From Felis catus (taxonomy: Eukaryota), in NCBI RefSeq assembly GCF_018350175.1, contig NC_058369.1, forward strand, positions 9,674,001-9,738,000: 64,000 nucleotides of DNA, read 5' to 3'. The notes under the pieces are model-generated. The model saw nothing but the letters and a program-made list of their open reading frames with translations, did not search any database and was not told the DNA's origin. Below, in pieces: positions 26,201-39,945 of the stretch. The translations under genes and the position numbers were made by a program. Numbering within the stretch: position 1 is the stretch's first letter; each line of letters opens with the position of its first letter.

Positions 26201-27169
26201 ATCTGAGACTCTTAAAAGCGATTTGGTTTTGCCACGACACATTAGCCACAGTCGATCTGCATTTTCCATCTCTCCTTGCGAGCATCTATTCAACAACATT
26301 GCGTGCTCCAGAACGGAGAGCTGGTTTCCTCCTCCGAAAGCAAGAACTCCTTCAAGAATTGCATCAGCCACTTTGGAGCCAGGGAACCTTAGCCTAATTG
26401 TGATTCTTGGAATGTGGGTTGTTCAAATAGTTTGGAGCTGGCGAGAAATCAAATCGAGGTAAAACAGGATGTCCGCGCCAAGGCATCTGCAAGAAAACTA
26501 GGCCCCCCCCCCCACCGCCACCCCGACAAGACACGAGACCCGTAGAAAGGTCTCTGCCCCCGTGAGAACAGACTGAGTGGAGGGAGTGGCTGGGTGGGGA
26601 GGCGATGTTGCCAAAATCCCAAAATAGAGCTGTTCAAGATGCCCTTTCACAGCACGTCAGACAAATGCCGGGTGGGGACGGTGACATCGTGGAGGGATTG
26701 AATGTCAAGCGGAGACTGAGAAATGAGAGAGCGCAGAAGCTGTGCATGAAAACATACCCTTTCATCACTTGCCGTATCTGGGTCAAAACACCCAGCTGGC
26801 GAACCAAGGCATTTTCTCAGCTGTCTGGGAAGCTACACGAACTTCTCCCAGCCTTTCGGGCTACGAGAGGGTCGGGCTTCCTATTATCAATTGCTTTGTT
26901 TGGTATACATTCGTAGGGTGCTGATGTTCCGGGTGCTACGCTAGGCTTTGGAAAACACAGTGGATTCTCCCGGTTCCTGCCCCTGGAGGCTTACAGCCGC
27001 CCAGCGAGGGAGAGACAACTAGTGACCCGTGCGGCGGATTGAATTCTGTGTCCTGCTTCACCCCTTACTCCCCCCACCCTGCCCACACCCTGCATCATGG
27101 GCTTTGTTGTTACTCACTAGAGGCAGAAGCCCCTGCCCCTTGTGTTTTAAAATGTTGCAGGTTTTTAAA

Positions 27170-27600
27170 AAATCGTTTTAATGTTTATTTTTGAGAGAGA
27201 GAGAGAGACAGAGTGCGAGTCGGGGAGGGACAGAGAGAGAGGGAGACACAGCACCCCAAGCAGACCCCAGGCTCTGAGCTGTCAGCACAGAGCCCCACAC
27301 GGGTGTCGAACCCACGAACCACGAGATCATGACCTGAGCCGAAGTCGGACGCTTGACCGACCGAGCCACCCAGGCGCCCCATATTACATATATTTTTAAA
27401 GCTTATTTATTTTGAGAGAGAGGGAGAACATGAGTGCATGTTGCACGGGGGAGGGGCAGAGAGAGAGAGAGAATCCCAAGCAGGTTCCCCGCTGTCAGCA
27501 CAGAGCCTGACGTGGGGCTTGAACCCACAAACCGTGAGATTGTGACCCGAGCCGAAATCTAGAGTCGGCCACTTAACCGAAGGAGCCACCCAGGTGCCCC
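27170..27600 (-). mobile_element. Two tandem CanSINEs
   Basis: Two reverse-complement head-to-tail copies. Confidence 0.9.
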
Positions 27601-27634
27601 TAAAATACAGCATATTAAGAGAAAGCTTACCGTA

Positions 27635-28125
27635 TAGTAAGGCCCATAGACCAGAAGACGATTTCCACTGACAACACGGTTTCTTACTCAAAGTTTCCAA
27701 GAACCGAGGTCACACCTGCCATGCAGGGCTACCCGGGGAAGCACCAGGGTCTGCCTGGAGGCAGAGGAAAGAGAAGTGTGGGCAGGAGCCTTTATTGTGG
27801 TTTTCCCGGGAAGAAACAGGTAAGGCAAGGTAAGCAGGTTTGGGATGGGCTGGTTTGAATAATTTCAGCAGGCTGTGGGGCACAGGGGCTGCCCCAGCTT
27901 CTCTGATCCTGAGCCATGGGGTGGTTAGAGCAGGTGGTCAGGGACCCAGCGTGCGAGAGCCCAGGAGACGGGGTGGCTGGGGTAGCAAGCTCTGGGCTGG
28001 TTGGTTTCATATGAAAGGCACACTTGGGTGCAAATTGCTTACTGTCTCCGGGAACTGGTGAGCCCTAGGTGGGGGGCAGGCCCTCCAGGGCCATCAAGGC
28101 CCCAGATGTCAAAGCATCACAGTCC
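27635..28125. mobile_element. ERVL-class LTR (MER76-like), second copy
   Basis: taaggcccatagaccag...ggggaagcaccagggtc...gagcctttattgtggttt...tttgaataatttcagc. Confidence 0.6.
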
Positions 28126-28815
28126 AGGGGCCCCTGGGTGGATCGACTCAGGTCATGATCTCATGGTTCGTGCGTTTGAGCCCCGCCTCGAGCTCTGTGC
28201 TAAGCCTTCAGAGCCTGCTTGGGATTCTCTCTCTCTCCTTCTCTCCCCTCCCCTTCCCGCTTGCTCTCTCTCTCTCTCTCAAAATAAATAAATTTTTAAA
28301 AAATCACAACACAGGGGCGCCTGGGTGGCGCAGTCGGTTAAGCGTCCGACTTCAGCCAGGTCACGATCTCGCGGTCCGTGAGTTCGAGCCCCACGTCGGG
28401 CTCTGGGCTGATGGCTCAGAGCCTGGAGCCTGCTTCCGATTCTGTGTCTCCCTCTCTCTCTGCCCCTCCCCCGTTCATGCTCTGTCTCTCTCTGTCCCAA
28501 AAATAAATAAATTAAAAAAAAAGTTGAAAAAAAAATCACAACACAGAAAACAAAAGACATAGTTAATACACCCTGACCGGCTTTGGTCAATGAAATGTAA
28601 AAGAAGTGAGGTACCTGGGGCTCTGACGGTTGAGCGTCCAGACTTCAGCTCAGGTCATGATCTCCTGGTTCATGAGTTCAAACCCTGCATCGGGCCCTGC
28701 ACTGGCAGTGAGAAGCCTGCTTGGGATTCTGTCTCCCTCCCTCCCTGCCTCTCCCCTGCTTGTTTTCTCTCTCTCTCTCTCTCTCAAAATAAAAAGAAAT
28801 AAATTTTAAAAAAAT
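28126..28815 (+). mobile_element. Three CanSINEs, including a young copy at 28314-28530
   Basis: Young copy has TSD aaaaaatcacaacaca (28298-28313, 28530-28545). Confidence 0.92.
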
Positions 28816-29074
28816 CACTGTGCCAATTTCAGCCTAGACCCCTAGGGGTTTCCATGTGTTTCCACCTGCCCGCGTCTCCATCATCAGAGAGGGAGAGCAC
28901 CCACCTCCAGGCACGGCTACTCCTTCGGGCGAGACCCCAGAATAAACACACACAGGGTACCGCTGATTCCAACCGACAGAGAGAAGTTCGAGCGTGAATC
29001 AAAGCCACCCAGCTGCCCTCCACCTGTAGCAGCCAAGCCCCAGCCCCCCAAAAATGGAGTGGGGCTGGGGGATC

Positions 29075-29290
29075 CACTTGTTCTTTGCCTCTCTCTGCCT
29101 GACCGTTAGAGCTGGGACACCTGCCCTCAGTGTCCCTGGCTCCCAAGCCTTCGGACCCAGACTGGTCCACACATCAGCTCTCCGGCTCTCCGGCCCCAAA
29201 CTGCACCACCTGCGAGCTCCTGGGTCTCGGGAGCTTCTCAGCCTCCACAGTCATCAGTTCCGTTTCTCCAGGGAACTGTGACAAATACGA
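29075..29290 (+). mobile_element. MLT2-like LTR 3' fragment
   Basis: gagctgggacac...tcccaagccttcggacccagact...cttctcagcctcca...gttccgtttctccagggaac. Confidence 0.55.
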
Positions 29291-29848
29291 GGCCCCTCCC
29301 CATCCAGACTGGCTGCATCTCAGCTAATAGATCCGCAAAGACCTTGATTCTAGCTAAGGTCCCATCCCGAGGTTCCAGGTGGATGTGACTTTTGAGGGGA
29401 TGCTGGTCAAGCCGGCACAGAGAGTGAGTTGAGAAGGTGAGGCCGGCACTTTTTGGCACCCGTGTCCCGTCCTCTTGGCCCACCTCCGATTTCAGAGATG
29501 GCAGAACATGACCGGGGAAGTTCTGTGCATACACCCCTCCGCCCACCTCACGTCTACCCCGCGGTAACCCGTGTTTCGGCCTCAAAGCTTCCTGAAGCCT
29601 CAAGACTACTCTCCGTGTGGGTGCAGCCAGAAGTACAGAAGGGACTCGAGTCTCCAGGAGGGAACTCTGAGCCTGGAGAGAAGGAGTCGGGGACTGAAAC
29701 TCTACCCCATCCCCCAGAGGGCCACCGGGGAGCCTGCCGTCACCAGGTACCCCCCCCCCAGGTTCCCTCCCGACCTGCCTTCCTCTCTCAACTCCTCTGC
29801 GCCTGCTTCCTGAAACCTACTTGCCAGATAAACTGTCAGAAAACAAAA

Positions 29849-30334
29849 GAGGCGCCTGGGTGGCTCAGTCTTTTGAGTGTCCGACCTCGACTCAGGTCAT
29901 GATCTCACGGTTCGTGAGTTCGAGCCCCGCATCGGGCTCTGTGCTGACAGCTCGGAGCCTGGAACGTGCTTTGGATTCTGTGTCTCGCTCTCTCTCTCTG
30001 CCCCTCCCCCGTTCATGCTCTGTCTCTCTCTCTCTCTCTCTCTCAAAAATAAATAAACATTTAAAAAATTAAAAAAAAAAGTAAGACACAATAGGAGTGA
30101 ACACTTTTGGTTCATTTATTTTATTTTTTACTTTAATACCAGTAGAGTTCACATACGCTGTTCTATTGGTTTCGGGAGTACCATATAGGGATTCAACACT
30201 TCCATATAATACTCAGTGCTCATCACGCTAAGTGTGCTCCTAAGCCCTTTCACCTATTTCGCCCAGCCCCCCACCCACCTGCCCTCTGGCAAACCTCTGT
30301 TTGCTCTCTATAGTTAAGAGTCTACTTTTCCGTT

Positions 30335-30367
<33 letters not shown>

Positions 30368-33268
30368 CCTTTATTCGTTTGTTGGTTTTTGTTTTTGTTC
30401 TTGTTTTTGTTTTTAAGTAGCCTTCACGACCAGCACAGAGGGCAACGCGGGGCTTGAACTCACCACCCTGAGAGCAGGACCTGAGCTGAGATCAAGTGTC
30501 GGATGGATGCTTAACCGAATGAGCCACCCAGGCGCCCCTGTTTTGTTCCTTGAATTCCACATATGACTGAAGTCGTATGGTATCTGTCGTTTTGCTTAGC
30601 ATTACACACTCTAGATCCAGCCATGTGGTTGCAAATGGCAAGATTTCATTCTGTTTTTTTTTTTTCAGCTGAAAAATATTCCGTTCTGTATATATAGACC
30701 CCACTTCTTATCTACCCATTTATCTATCAGTGGACTCTTGGGCTGCTTCCGCAATTTGGCTATTGTGAATAATGCTGCAATAAACACAGGGGGCATGTAT
30801 CTGTCTGAATTAGTGTTTTTGTATTCTTTGGGTAAGTGCTCAGTAGTGCGATTACTTGATCTCAGGGCAGTTCTATGATTAATTATTTGAGGAACCTCTA
30901 TACTGTGGAAGAGAACACTTTTAATTTTTTTTGATGTTTATTCATTTTTGAAAGACAGAGAGAGAGAGAGAGAGAGAGCACAAGCAGGGGGTGGGGCGGT
31001 GAGAAAGGGGGACGCAGAATCCAAAGCAGGCTCCGGGCTCTGAGCTGGCAGCACAGAGCCCGACACGGGGCTTGAACTCACGAGCCGCGAGATCGTGACC
31101 TGAGCCGAAGTCGGATGCTCAACCGACTGAGCCACCCAGGCACTCCATGAAGAGAACACTTTTAAAGGCAACGCATGATCATAACGTCAAAAGTTGCAGA
31201 CGGATCACAAATAATGGTCACGATGACACAAGCAAAAAAACTGGGGTGGTGGGGGGGCTTGCGGGGAAAGAAAGCCACTTCAAATCCCTAACTCATCCCA
31301 GGGAAAAAGGAGAAGTGTTTAGTTCTATTCTAAAAATAGTGCGTTAATTCAAATTTGTAGAGAGAGCAAATAAATGTGCTCCCTTGTATTTCTACCTGTC
31401 TTTTCTGTTCCTCCAGCATGTGGGTAGAGGTATTGGAGATAATGAAGAGAACAGAGTTGCTAAGGAGACACGAAAAATCATGAGAAACCTTCATGATATG
31501 AATTCATACCTAGAGGCCAGCCTGTCCCACCTGTACTCATTTTAAGACAGAGAATAAAAATACAGTTTCTCTGCTAAAGAAAAAAAAAATCCAGGTACAT
31601 TATGCTAAGTAAAATAAGCTAGACACAAAAGGACAAATGTTGTATGGTGTCACTTACATGAAGTCCCTGCAGAAGTCAAGTTCATACACACAGAGAGGAG
31701 AGTGGCGGGTGCCAGGGGCGGGGGGTGGGGGGAGGGGAGTTAGCGTTTCACAGGGACAGAGCTTTAGCCTGGGAGGATGGAAAATTCTGGATGGGGATGG
31801 TGGTGACAGTTGCACGACAAAGCGAGTGTTCTTTTTTTTTTTTTAATTTTTTTTTCAACGTTTATTTATTTTTGGGACAGAGAGAGACAGAGCATGAACG
31901 GGGGAGGGGCAGAGAGAGAGGGAGACACAGAATCGGAAACAGGCTTCAGGCTCTGAGCCATCAGCCCAGAGCCCGACGCGGGGCTCGAACTCACGGACCG
32001 CGAGATTGTGACCTGGCTGAAGTCGGACGCTTAACCGACTGCGCCACCCAGGCGCCCCTAAAGCGAGTGTTCTTAATGCCACTGAGCTATATGGTTTAAG
32101 TGGCTTATTCTATGTTATGTATCTTTTACCACAAAGTTTAAAAATCCAGGTAGAAAGGAATCATTCTTTCAGGAAAGGACCATCGGTAGGTGCTAAAGTT
32201 AGTGGCCAAAGTTTAATGAGAGATGGGATATTGGCAGAATCTCAAAGTACCTCTCCCTCTCCACGGGCTGTTAATATATTACAAACTTCACAGTTGGAGA
32301 ACCCTAGCAGGTGCCACCTTAACCGAGATCCTTCAGCCAATACTGGGATTCAACCAGTCTGTCCATTAGATATGAGTATCTCATCAATATTAATTTCCTG
32401 ATTTTGGCTATCATGCTATAGTGGTTTTTTTTTAATTTTTTTTAACGTTTATTTATTTTTGAGACAGAGAGAAACAGAGCATGAACGGGGGAGGGACAGA
32501 GAGAGAGGGAGACACAGAATCGGAAGCAGGCTCCAGGCCCTGAGCCATCAGCCCAGAGCCCAACGTGGGGCTCGAACTCACGGACCGCGAGATGGTGACC
32601 TGAGCTGAAGTCGGACGCTTAACCGACTGAGCCACCCAGGCGCCCCAATCATCTCTAGTTTTATAAGAGGTTACCATCTGGGAAATCGAGGTGAATGATA
32701 TATAGGAATTCTTTGTGCTATTTTTTTTAATCTTATTGAGGGGAAACTCACATAACACTAACCAGTTCAAAGTCCACAATTCAAGGGGCGTCTCCTCTAG
32801 CTCCAGAACATTTCCATACCCCCTCAATCCACCCCCCCCCGCCCCTGGCAACCACTATCTACATTCCGTCTCTATGGATTTTCCTATTCTGGTTTCGGGT
32901 AAATAGAATGCTAGAATACATGGCCTTCTGTGTCTGACTTCTTTCACCCACCATGATGTTTTCAAGATTTGTTCACATTGTAGCCAGTCTCAGGGCTTAG
33001 CTCCTTGTTACGGTGGAATCCGTGTGATCTCCCACAGTTTGCTCATCCGTTGATGGAAATTTCCACCGTTCAGCTATTGTGAATAATGCTGCTATGAACA
33101 TTTGTCTGGGGACACCTGAGTGGCTCAGTCAGTTGAGCGTCCAACTCTTGATTTCGGCTCAGGTCCTTAACTCATGGTTCATGGGATCGAGCCCCATGTG
33201 GGGCTCCGCGCTAACAGCACGGAGCTCGGGATTCTCTCTCTCTCCCTCTCTCTGCCCCTCCCCTGCTT

Positions 33269-33313
<45 letters not shown>

Positions 33314-33345
33314 ATAAATAAATAAACTTAAAAAAAAAAAGAGGG
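29849..33345. mobile_element. Interleaved L1 3' fragments (~30110-30910, 31590-32130, 32720-33105) and six CanSINEs (29849+, 30405-, 30925-, 31834-, 32425-, 33108+)
   Basis: L1 3' motifs (gcaaatggcaagatttcatt, cattatgctaagt..aataagc) and SINE structures; the 31834-32058 copy has a 15-bp TSD aaagcgagtgttctt. Confidence 0.85.
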
Positions 33346-33861
33346 GGGTCCTGAAGCAAAGTCTAAAACTCCGGCTGCCATGACAGATCTCCTGTACCCT
33401 CCTGTGGGCACCGTGTGCTAAAGCCCCCAGCACAGCTCTGAGTCACCCTGGTGAGAACCGCAGGGGCTCCGAGCCTTTTCAGGAGCCAGCAAGCGATCCA
33501 GAGGTGACATTCCAGGCAGCAGGAAGGCGAGCAAGCTGAGAGGACACAGCAGCCGCCTGAGACTCAATCGTTGCTTGAAGCTCAGGACTTACAGCACAAT
33601 TCAGTTTCCATGAGTGGTTTGGGGAGCCTCCTGGGGGCTGCAGGGATCCCGTGTTTTGATCCTGTGGTGGTTACATGGGTATATACATATGTAAAAACCC
33701 ACCGAGATGTAGGAGTTAAGATTTTTGCCTTTATGGATCCAAGTTTTAGCACCTGCAAGCTTTCTCTAGGCTTGCAATTCTTCCCACCTCCAGCTAACTG
33801 CCCCTCCTCAGTCTCCAAGGCTCTCTGTCCACATTTCCAGTTTGCCATAATTATATACACC

Positions 33862-34084
33862 CAGAGTCGGCAAGCGTTTTTCCCTAAAGGGCCAGGGAGT
33901 AGATATTTTCAGCTTTGGGGGCCAGATGGTCTTGGTCGCAATGATTCAGCTCTGCCCTTGTAGTGTGAAAGTAACCCGATGCTACATAAACAAATGGGTA
34001 TGGCTGTGTTCCAATAAAACTTTATCCACAAGCACAGGTGGGGGGGCCAGATTTGGCCCTGGGGTTATAGTTTGCCTGCCTTTG
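33862..34084. mobile_element. MER58A-like hAT-Charlie DNA transposon
   Basis: cagagtcggcaa...aaagggccag...tattttcagcttt...ggctgtgttccaataaaacttta...ggccagatttggcc...tagtttgcc. Confidence 0.75.
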
Positions 34085-35154
34085 GTATACACCACGTTTT
34101 AATTGATTCACCTGTCTCCTCTATCAACGTAACCACCTTGAAGGCAAGGGCAAGTTTTTCCATCCCTGCGTCTTCACCATCTGCTCCAACGCCTGCACAA
34201 AAATAAATGACTGTCCGTAAACAAATCGATGGGTGATTTAATTAATTATTTGCTCAGCTTGCCCCTAAGCGAGAAGTGTGAGAACAGCAATGTTGAGTAG
34301 TATAAGGGCCCCATTAAGACGCAACCCCTCCGGGCGCCTGGGTGGCTCAGTCGGTTGAGCGGCCGACTTCAGCTCAGGTCATGATCTCGCGCTCCGTGAG
34401 GGCTGTGAGTTCGAGCCCCCCGTCGGGCTCTGTGCTGACAGCTCGGAGCCTGGAGCCTGTTTCGGATTCTGTGTCTCCCTCTCTCTGACCCTCCCCTGTT
34501 CATGCTCTGTCTCTCTGTGTCTCAAAAATAAATAAATGTTAAAAAAAAATTAAAAAAAAAAGACGCAACCCCAACACCATGCATACCCCCTTCCGGGTCG
34601 CCCCGTAACCACAGGCGTTCTGGCTATTACATTCAACACATGTTTACCAAGTACAGGGTTTTCTTTTGGGGTGAGAAAAATGTTCTAGAACTAGAGCGAG
34701 GTGATATTTGCACAACGCTGTGAATGTCCTAAGTGCCACTGAATTGTTCATCTGAAACTGGTTAATTTTGTGTTTTGTGCGTTCCGCTTCCATTAAAAAA
34801 AAAAAAAAAGTGAGCTACAAATTTGAAAACTTTTAACTTTGCTAAAAAGGAAAAACAAAGGCTCCCTCTGGCTGCTGTGTGGAGAATAGACGATCCTACG
34901 AGGCCGGAGCAGAGGCTGGAGGCACCCAGGTCCCGGGGCTTCAATCCTTTCACTTCTGTTAGTGCTGTTACAGCTGAATTATTTCCTGAGGGACACGGAA
35001 TGTTTGGCCTGGGCGTTGCTGCGACTACTTGGGTTCCCTGATCTTGGGGATGGCCAAGAAATAAAGGTGCTGCCAGCGGGCAAGCTGGTGGGGTCCACGG
35101 TTTGATGATCTCAGACAGCCCTGGCTGATGTTGGAACGTCATAGCACTGGCCAA

Positions 35155-35170
35155 CCCCCAGGGGGCGCTG
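35155..35170 (+). promoter_or_regulatory. Candidate CTCF site
   Basis: CCCCCAGGGGGCGCTG, one mismatch to the CCASYAGRKGGCRS core, in non-SINE sequence. Confidence 0.5.
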
Positions 35171-38100
35171 GGTATATACCGCCTTCAGCTTGACCATACC
35201 ATGAGCTGACGGGCTGGTGTATCATTATGTCTGTTGCAGCAGACCCTCCGGTGGCCCGTGTCCCCTCTCCTCAGCCCTGCCCCCCGCTTTCACCACAGGG
35301 GGACAGTTCCTGCAAGTAACCTCTTGCTGACAATATCACATGTCAAGCCTGTACCACACATACATGCATGCAGTTCCTCCCATGTTTGCCAACGCCCCAG
35401 GGCAGCCCAAAATTGCGGGGCAAACGAATGGGAGTGTAATGGGGCGGCGGGGTGGCTCAGTTGGTCAAGCGTCCGACTCTTGGCGTCGGCTCAGGTCATG
35501 ATCTCACAGTTCGTGAGTTCGAGCCCCGCGTCGGGCTCTGCGCTGACGGTGCGGAGCCTGCTTGAGATCCTCTCTTCCTCTCTCTCCGCCTCTCCCCTGC
35601 TCGCTTGCTCTCTCTCAAAACTAAATAAATAAACTTATATTAAAAAAAAAAAAGAATGTGAGTATAATGACCACAGACAACATCAACATAACGCATGTCC
35701 CTTAATAAGACATAGTCAAACTAGATGTGTCTCCCCAAATTGTATGTGTTGAAAACTAACCCCCAGTGTGATGACAGTCAGAGGCGAGGCCTCTAGGAGG
35801 TGATTAGGTCAGGAGCATGGAGCCCTTGTACATGGGATTTGGGCCCTTATAAAAAAAAAGATGAAAAAGTAGGTGATGGGTTCCAGAGGCTGGGGAGGGG
35901 GCAGGAATGGGGAGTTTGTGTTTAATGGGGACAGAGTTTTAGTCTGGGAAAATGAAAACAGTCCTGGGGCACCTGGGCGGCTCAGTCAGTTAAGCGTCCG
36001 GCTTCGGCTCAGGTCATGATCTCATGGTTCGTGGGTTCAAGCCCCGAGTCGGGCTCTGTGCTGACAGCTTGGAGCCTGCTTCGGATTCCGTGTCTCCCTC
36101 TCTCTCTGCCCCTCCCCCATTTGTGCTCTGTCTCTCTCTGTCTCTCAAAAATAAATGTAAAAAAAAAAAAAATTTTTTTTTAAAGAGTCCTGGAGGTGGA
36201 TGGCAGGGATGGTTTGCACGACAGTATGGTTCTATTTAATTCTAGTGAACTGGACCCTTAAACGTTGCTAAAATGGTCAATTTTATGTTAGGTCGATTGT
36301 GGTCATATTTCTGCAAGCAGTTGTGTAAAAAAACACAACAACAACAACATCATAACCTCAATATAATTGTGAGAAAACATCAGGAGGGACACTCTCCAAA
36401 ATACCTGGCCAGAACACGACAGAAATGTTAAGATCCCGGAAGACAAGCAAAGCCTGAGGGAACTTCACAGACCGGCAGAGACAAGCAGATGTGACAACTA
36501 AGTGAAACGTGGATGGTTTCCCGGATCAGATAAAGGACCCGGTGGGAAACCTGGCGAATCCTTTAGAAGGTCCCTACTTTAGGGGCGCCTGGGTGGCTCA
36601 GTCGGTTAAGCGTCCGACTTCAGCTCAGGTCACGATCTCGCGGTCCGTGAGTTCGAGCCCCGCATCGGGCTCTGGGCTGACGGCTCAGAGCCTGGAGCCT
36701 GCTTCCGATTCTGTGTCTCCCTCTCTCTCTCTGCTCCTCCCCCGTTCATGCTCTGTCTCTCTCTGTCTCAAAAATAAATAAACGTTAAAAAAAAAAAAGT
36801 TCCCTACTTTAGGGGCGCCTGGGTGGCTCGGTTGGTTGAGCATCCAGCTCTTGATTTCAGCTCAGGTCATGATCCCAGGGTTCAGGAGATGGAACCTGCT
36901 TGGGATTCTCCACCACCACCACCCCCCGCCCCCTCCCCTGCTCTCTCTCTAAAATAATAAATAAATACATAAATAAATACATAAATAAATAAATAAAGAC
37001 TCCAGGTTTCAACCCTCAGCCAATGGAGACTGTGATCCGGTGGCTAAATATTCGAGCCTCCAGCTTTCGAATGGACGCTGTCGGGAGAAATCTTTATCCT
37101 GTGACCCCGGTGACACACCTTCTCTTGGCTTTTCCTCCTTCTTGGTCAGTCTCCCAGCTCTCTCCTGCTCCCCGGGGTCACCGCTGACAAGGACCACTGC
37201 CTACCCGAACTATAGTGAGGGTGCTCTGAGCTCTCTTCCCGCCCAGGCCTCATCAGCCTTGGCAGGCTGAGCCCCGTGTAGTAAGAGTTCCCCCAGCTCT
37301 TGAATAAAGTCGAATAGAGCCTGTTTCACACTGCCCCTTGCAACTTTGCTTTGGCACCTCCCAAATAAACAGCCTGAACCCAAGTCCTTGTCTCCAGGGG
37401 ACCCAAGCTAAGAGAATCCCTATGTAACAGATGAGGAAAACAAGGCACAGAGTAGTTAAGGAGCTCTGCCAAGGTCACACAGCCAGGGCATGGAAGAGAT
37501 AAAGCGCCAACCGGACGGCCCGGCACAGAAGGTACCCTCCTGATGACAGCACTATCCCAACTCGGAGCGTTAAAGGATTCTCCTTATTTTTTTTTTAAAT
37601 TTTTTTAATGTTTATTTAGTTTTGAGAGAAAGAGAGACAGAGTGTGAGCGGGGAAGGGCAGAGAGAGAAGGAGACGCAGAGTCCAAAGCAGGCTTCAGGC
37701 TCTGAGCCATCAGCACAGAGCCCGATGTGGGGCTCGAACCCATAAAACGTGGGATCATGACCCAGGCCGAAGTCGGCTGCTCAACTGACTGAGCCACCCA
37801 GGCTCCCCGAGGATTCTCCATTTTAAATTTCACTAACTTAGTCCCAGATTTACATCCCCATAATTCCCTAATACAAACCGAAACAACACTCCCCTGCCAA
37901 CTTATCTGAATAATGTGTGTAAGGCAGAGAAAGTGACAGCTGGAAACCACTCTAATTTTCCTTACACATGACTGAGGTTGATTCACGTTGTCTTCTCCAA
38001 GACCTTCCCCCCCCCCAAAAAAAAAACCCCGAGTAATCTGGTTGGTGCTACAGGATGCCAACTTTGTCGCATCTCTCTCTCAGAACTTCTGCAATTCTCC

Positions 38101-38509
38101 CTCGAAAGCAACACGCAGAAGCTGTCGGTGGCAAAGCTGGAGTAGTAAACGAGGGTTACCCCAAGAGAGGAGAAAGTTCGCTTTCTAAAACAGATGGAAG
38201 AAACCAGAAAAGGGGGGGAGGAACGTGAAAGGGCAGCTTCTGGAGAAAGGAACTTCAGTGTTCAGTGTTACAGAGTTCATTAACAAGCCAAGGAAGGAAA
38301 GAAGGAAGGAAGGACAGAAGCAGGGTGGGAGGAAACTGCAACAGACCCGTCAAAAAATGTAGCAGTTTAGGGGCGCCTGGGTGGCTCCGTCGGTTAAGCA
38401 TTAAATTGGTGGGTTGAGGGTTTGAGCCCCGCATTGACCTCTCTGCCATCAGCACTTTGGATCCTCTGTTTCCCTCTCTCTCTGCCCCTCCCTGCTTGTG
38501 TGCCCCTCC

Positions 38510-38564
<55 letters not shown>

Positions 38565-39716
38565 TCTTGGAAATAAACACTTAAAAACAAAGATGTTTTT
38601 ACTGTAGCTAAAGGTCAGGGGGAAATCACAAGGTCTGAGCAATGTGCTGGAGTTTCACATATATTTCTCCCCCTTACTCTCATCACACCCTGTGAAAAGT
38701 GGGTTATATAAGCCATTTGGCAGATTGGAACACCTGAGGCTGAGAAAAACTGAGGCTGAGATTAGAAAAACTTAGTCAGGATGCCGTAGCCAGTAAGTGG
38801 CACAGGCAAGACTTGAATCCCTGTTTCTCCACCATGCAATGATGACCCAGTCCTTATCCCCAAGGGGCTTACAATTGCTAACTGTCTCCCAGAATCTATT
38901 CTCTGTGGATTCCTTTTAGTAATAGAACCTCCTGAATTTTAGGGGTGGGGGGACGCATGGCCCCCCAGCTGGAAACTACATTTCCCAGGAACCCTTGCTG
39001 CCAGCTGTGGCTGTGTGACCATGTTTGACTCAATGGGATCCAAGCAAACACGAGAGAAACTTGGAGGTCATCTCCTTAAACACAAGCTACCTGCCCTAGG
39101 CTTCCTCCTCCCCCTTTCTGCTGGTCGCAACTTGGCAATGGAGGCAGGCAAGCTCTTACCAGGTGGGTGAGGACAACCCTAGGGGAACAACAAGATGAAA
39201 GGAACCTGGGGTTCCAGATGACCCCATGGAGCCCAGAAAGAGAATTAATGCCCAGCCCTACATGACTTTCTTTGCACCATGTTTCATTTTAATCACACAT
39301 TTGGGTCCACATGAAATCTGTGACATGAATTAAAGGGAATTACATTTAAATAATTAAAGCTTGTTATAAGCATCCCATAAAGCCCAAAGCCATTCAACTG
39401 GTTACTGTTTAATTATGTGCAGGAAGGCACATAGGAAACTTCAGAACCTGGTGCAAATAGAAAAAGGCACCAATGGGGCGCCTGGGTGGCGCAGTCGGTT
39501 AAGCGTCTGACTTCAGCTCAGGTCACGATCTCGCGCTCCGTGAGTTCGAGCCCCGCGTCGGGCTCTGGGCTGATGGCTCAGATCCTGGAGCCTGTTTCCG
39601 ATTCTGTGTCTCCCTCTCTCTCTGCCCCTCCCCCGTTCACGCTCTGTCTCTCTCTGTCCCAAAAATAAATAAAAAACGTTGAAAAAAAAATTTTAAAAAA
39701 AAGAAAAAGGCACCAA

Positions 39717-39945
39717 AGTATGGAAAGAGCCCAAATGTCCATCGAGGGATGAATGGAGAAAGAAGATGGGGCATAGATATACAATGTTCTCTTAAATATA
39801 GAGAACAAAAGAGGGTTGTTGGAGGGGTTGTGGGAGGGGGCATGGGCTAAATGGGTAAGAGGCTTAAGGAACCTACTCCTGAAATCATTGTTGCACCATG
39901 TGCTAACTTGGATGTAAATTATACAAAATAAATAAATTATAGGGG
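39717..39945 (+). mobile_element. Carnivore/felid L1 3' end fragment
   Basis: atggaaagagcccaaatgtccatcga...gggctaaatgggtaag...ctcctgaaatcattgttgcac...gctaacttggatgtaaatt plus A-rich tail. Confidence 0.7.
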
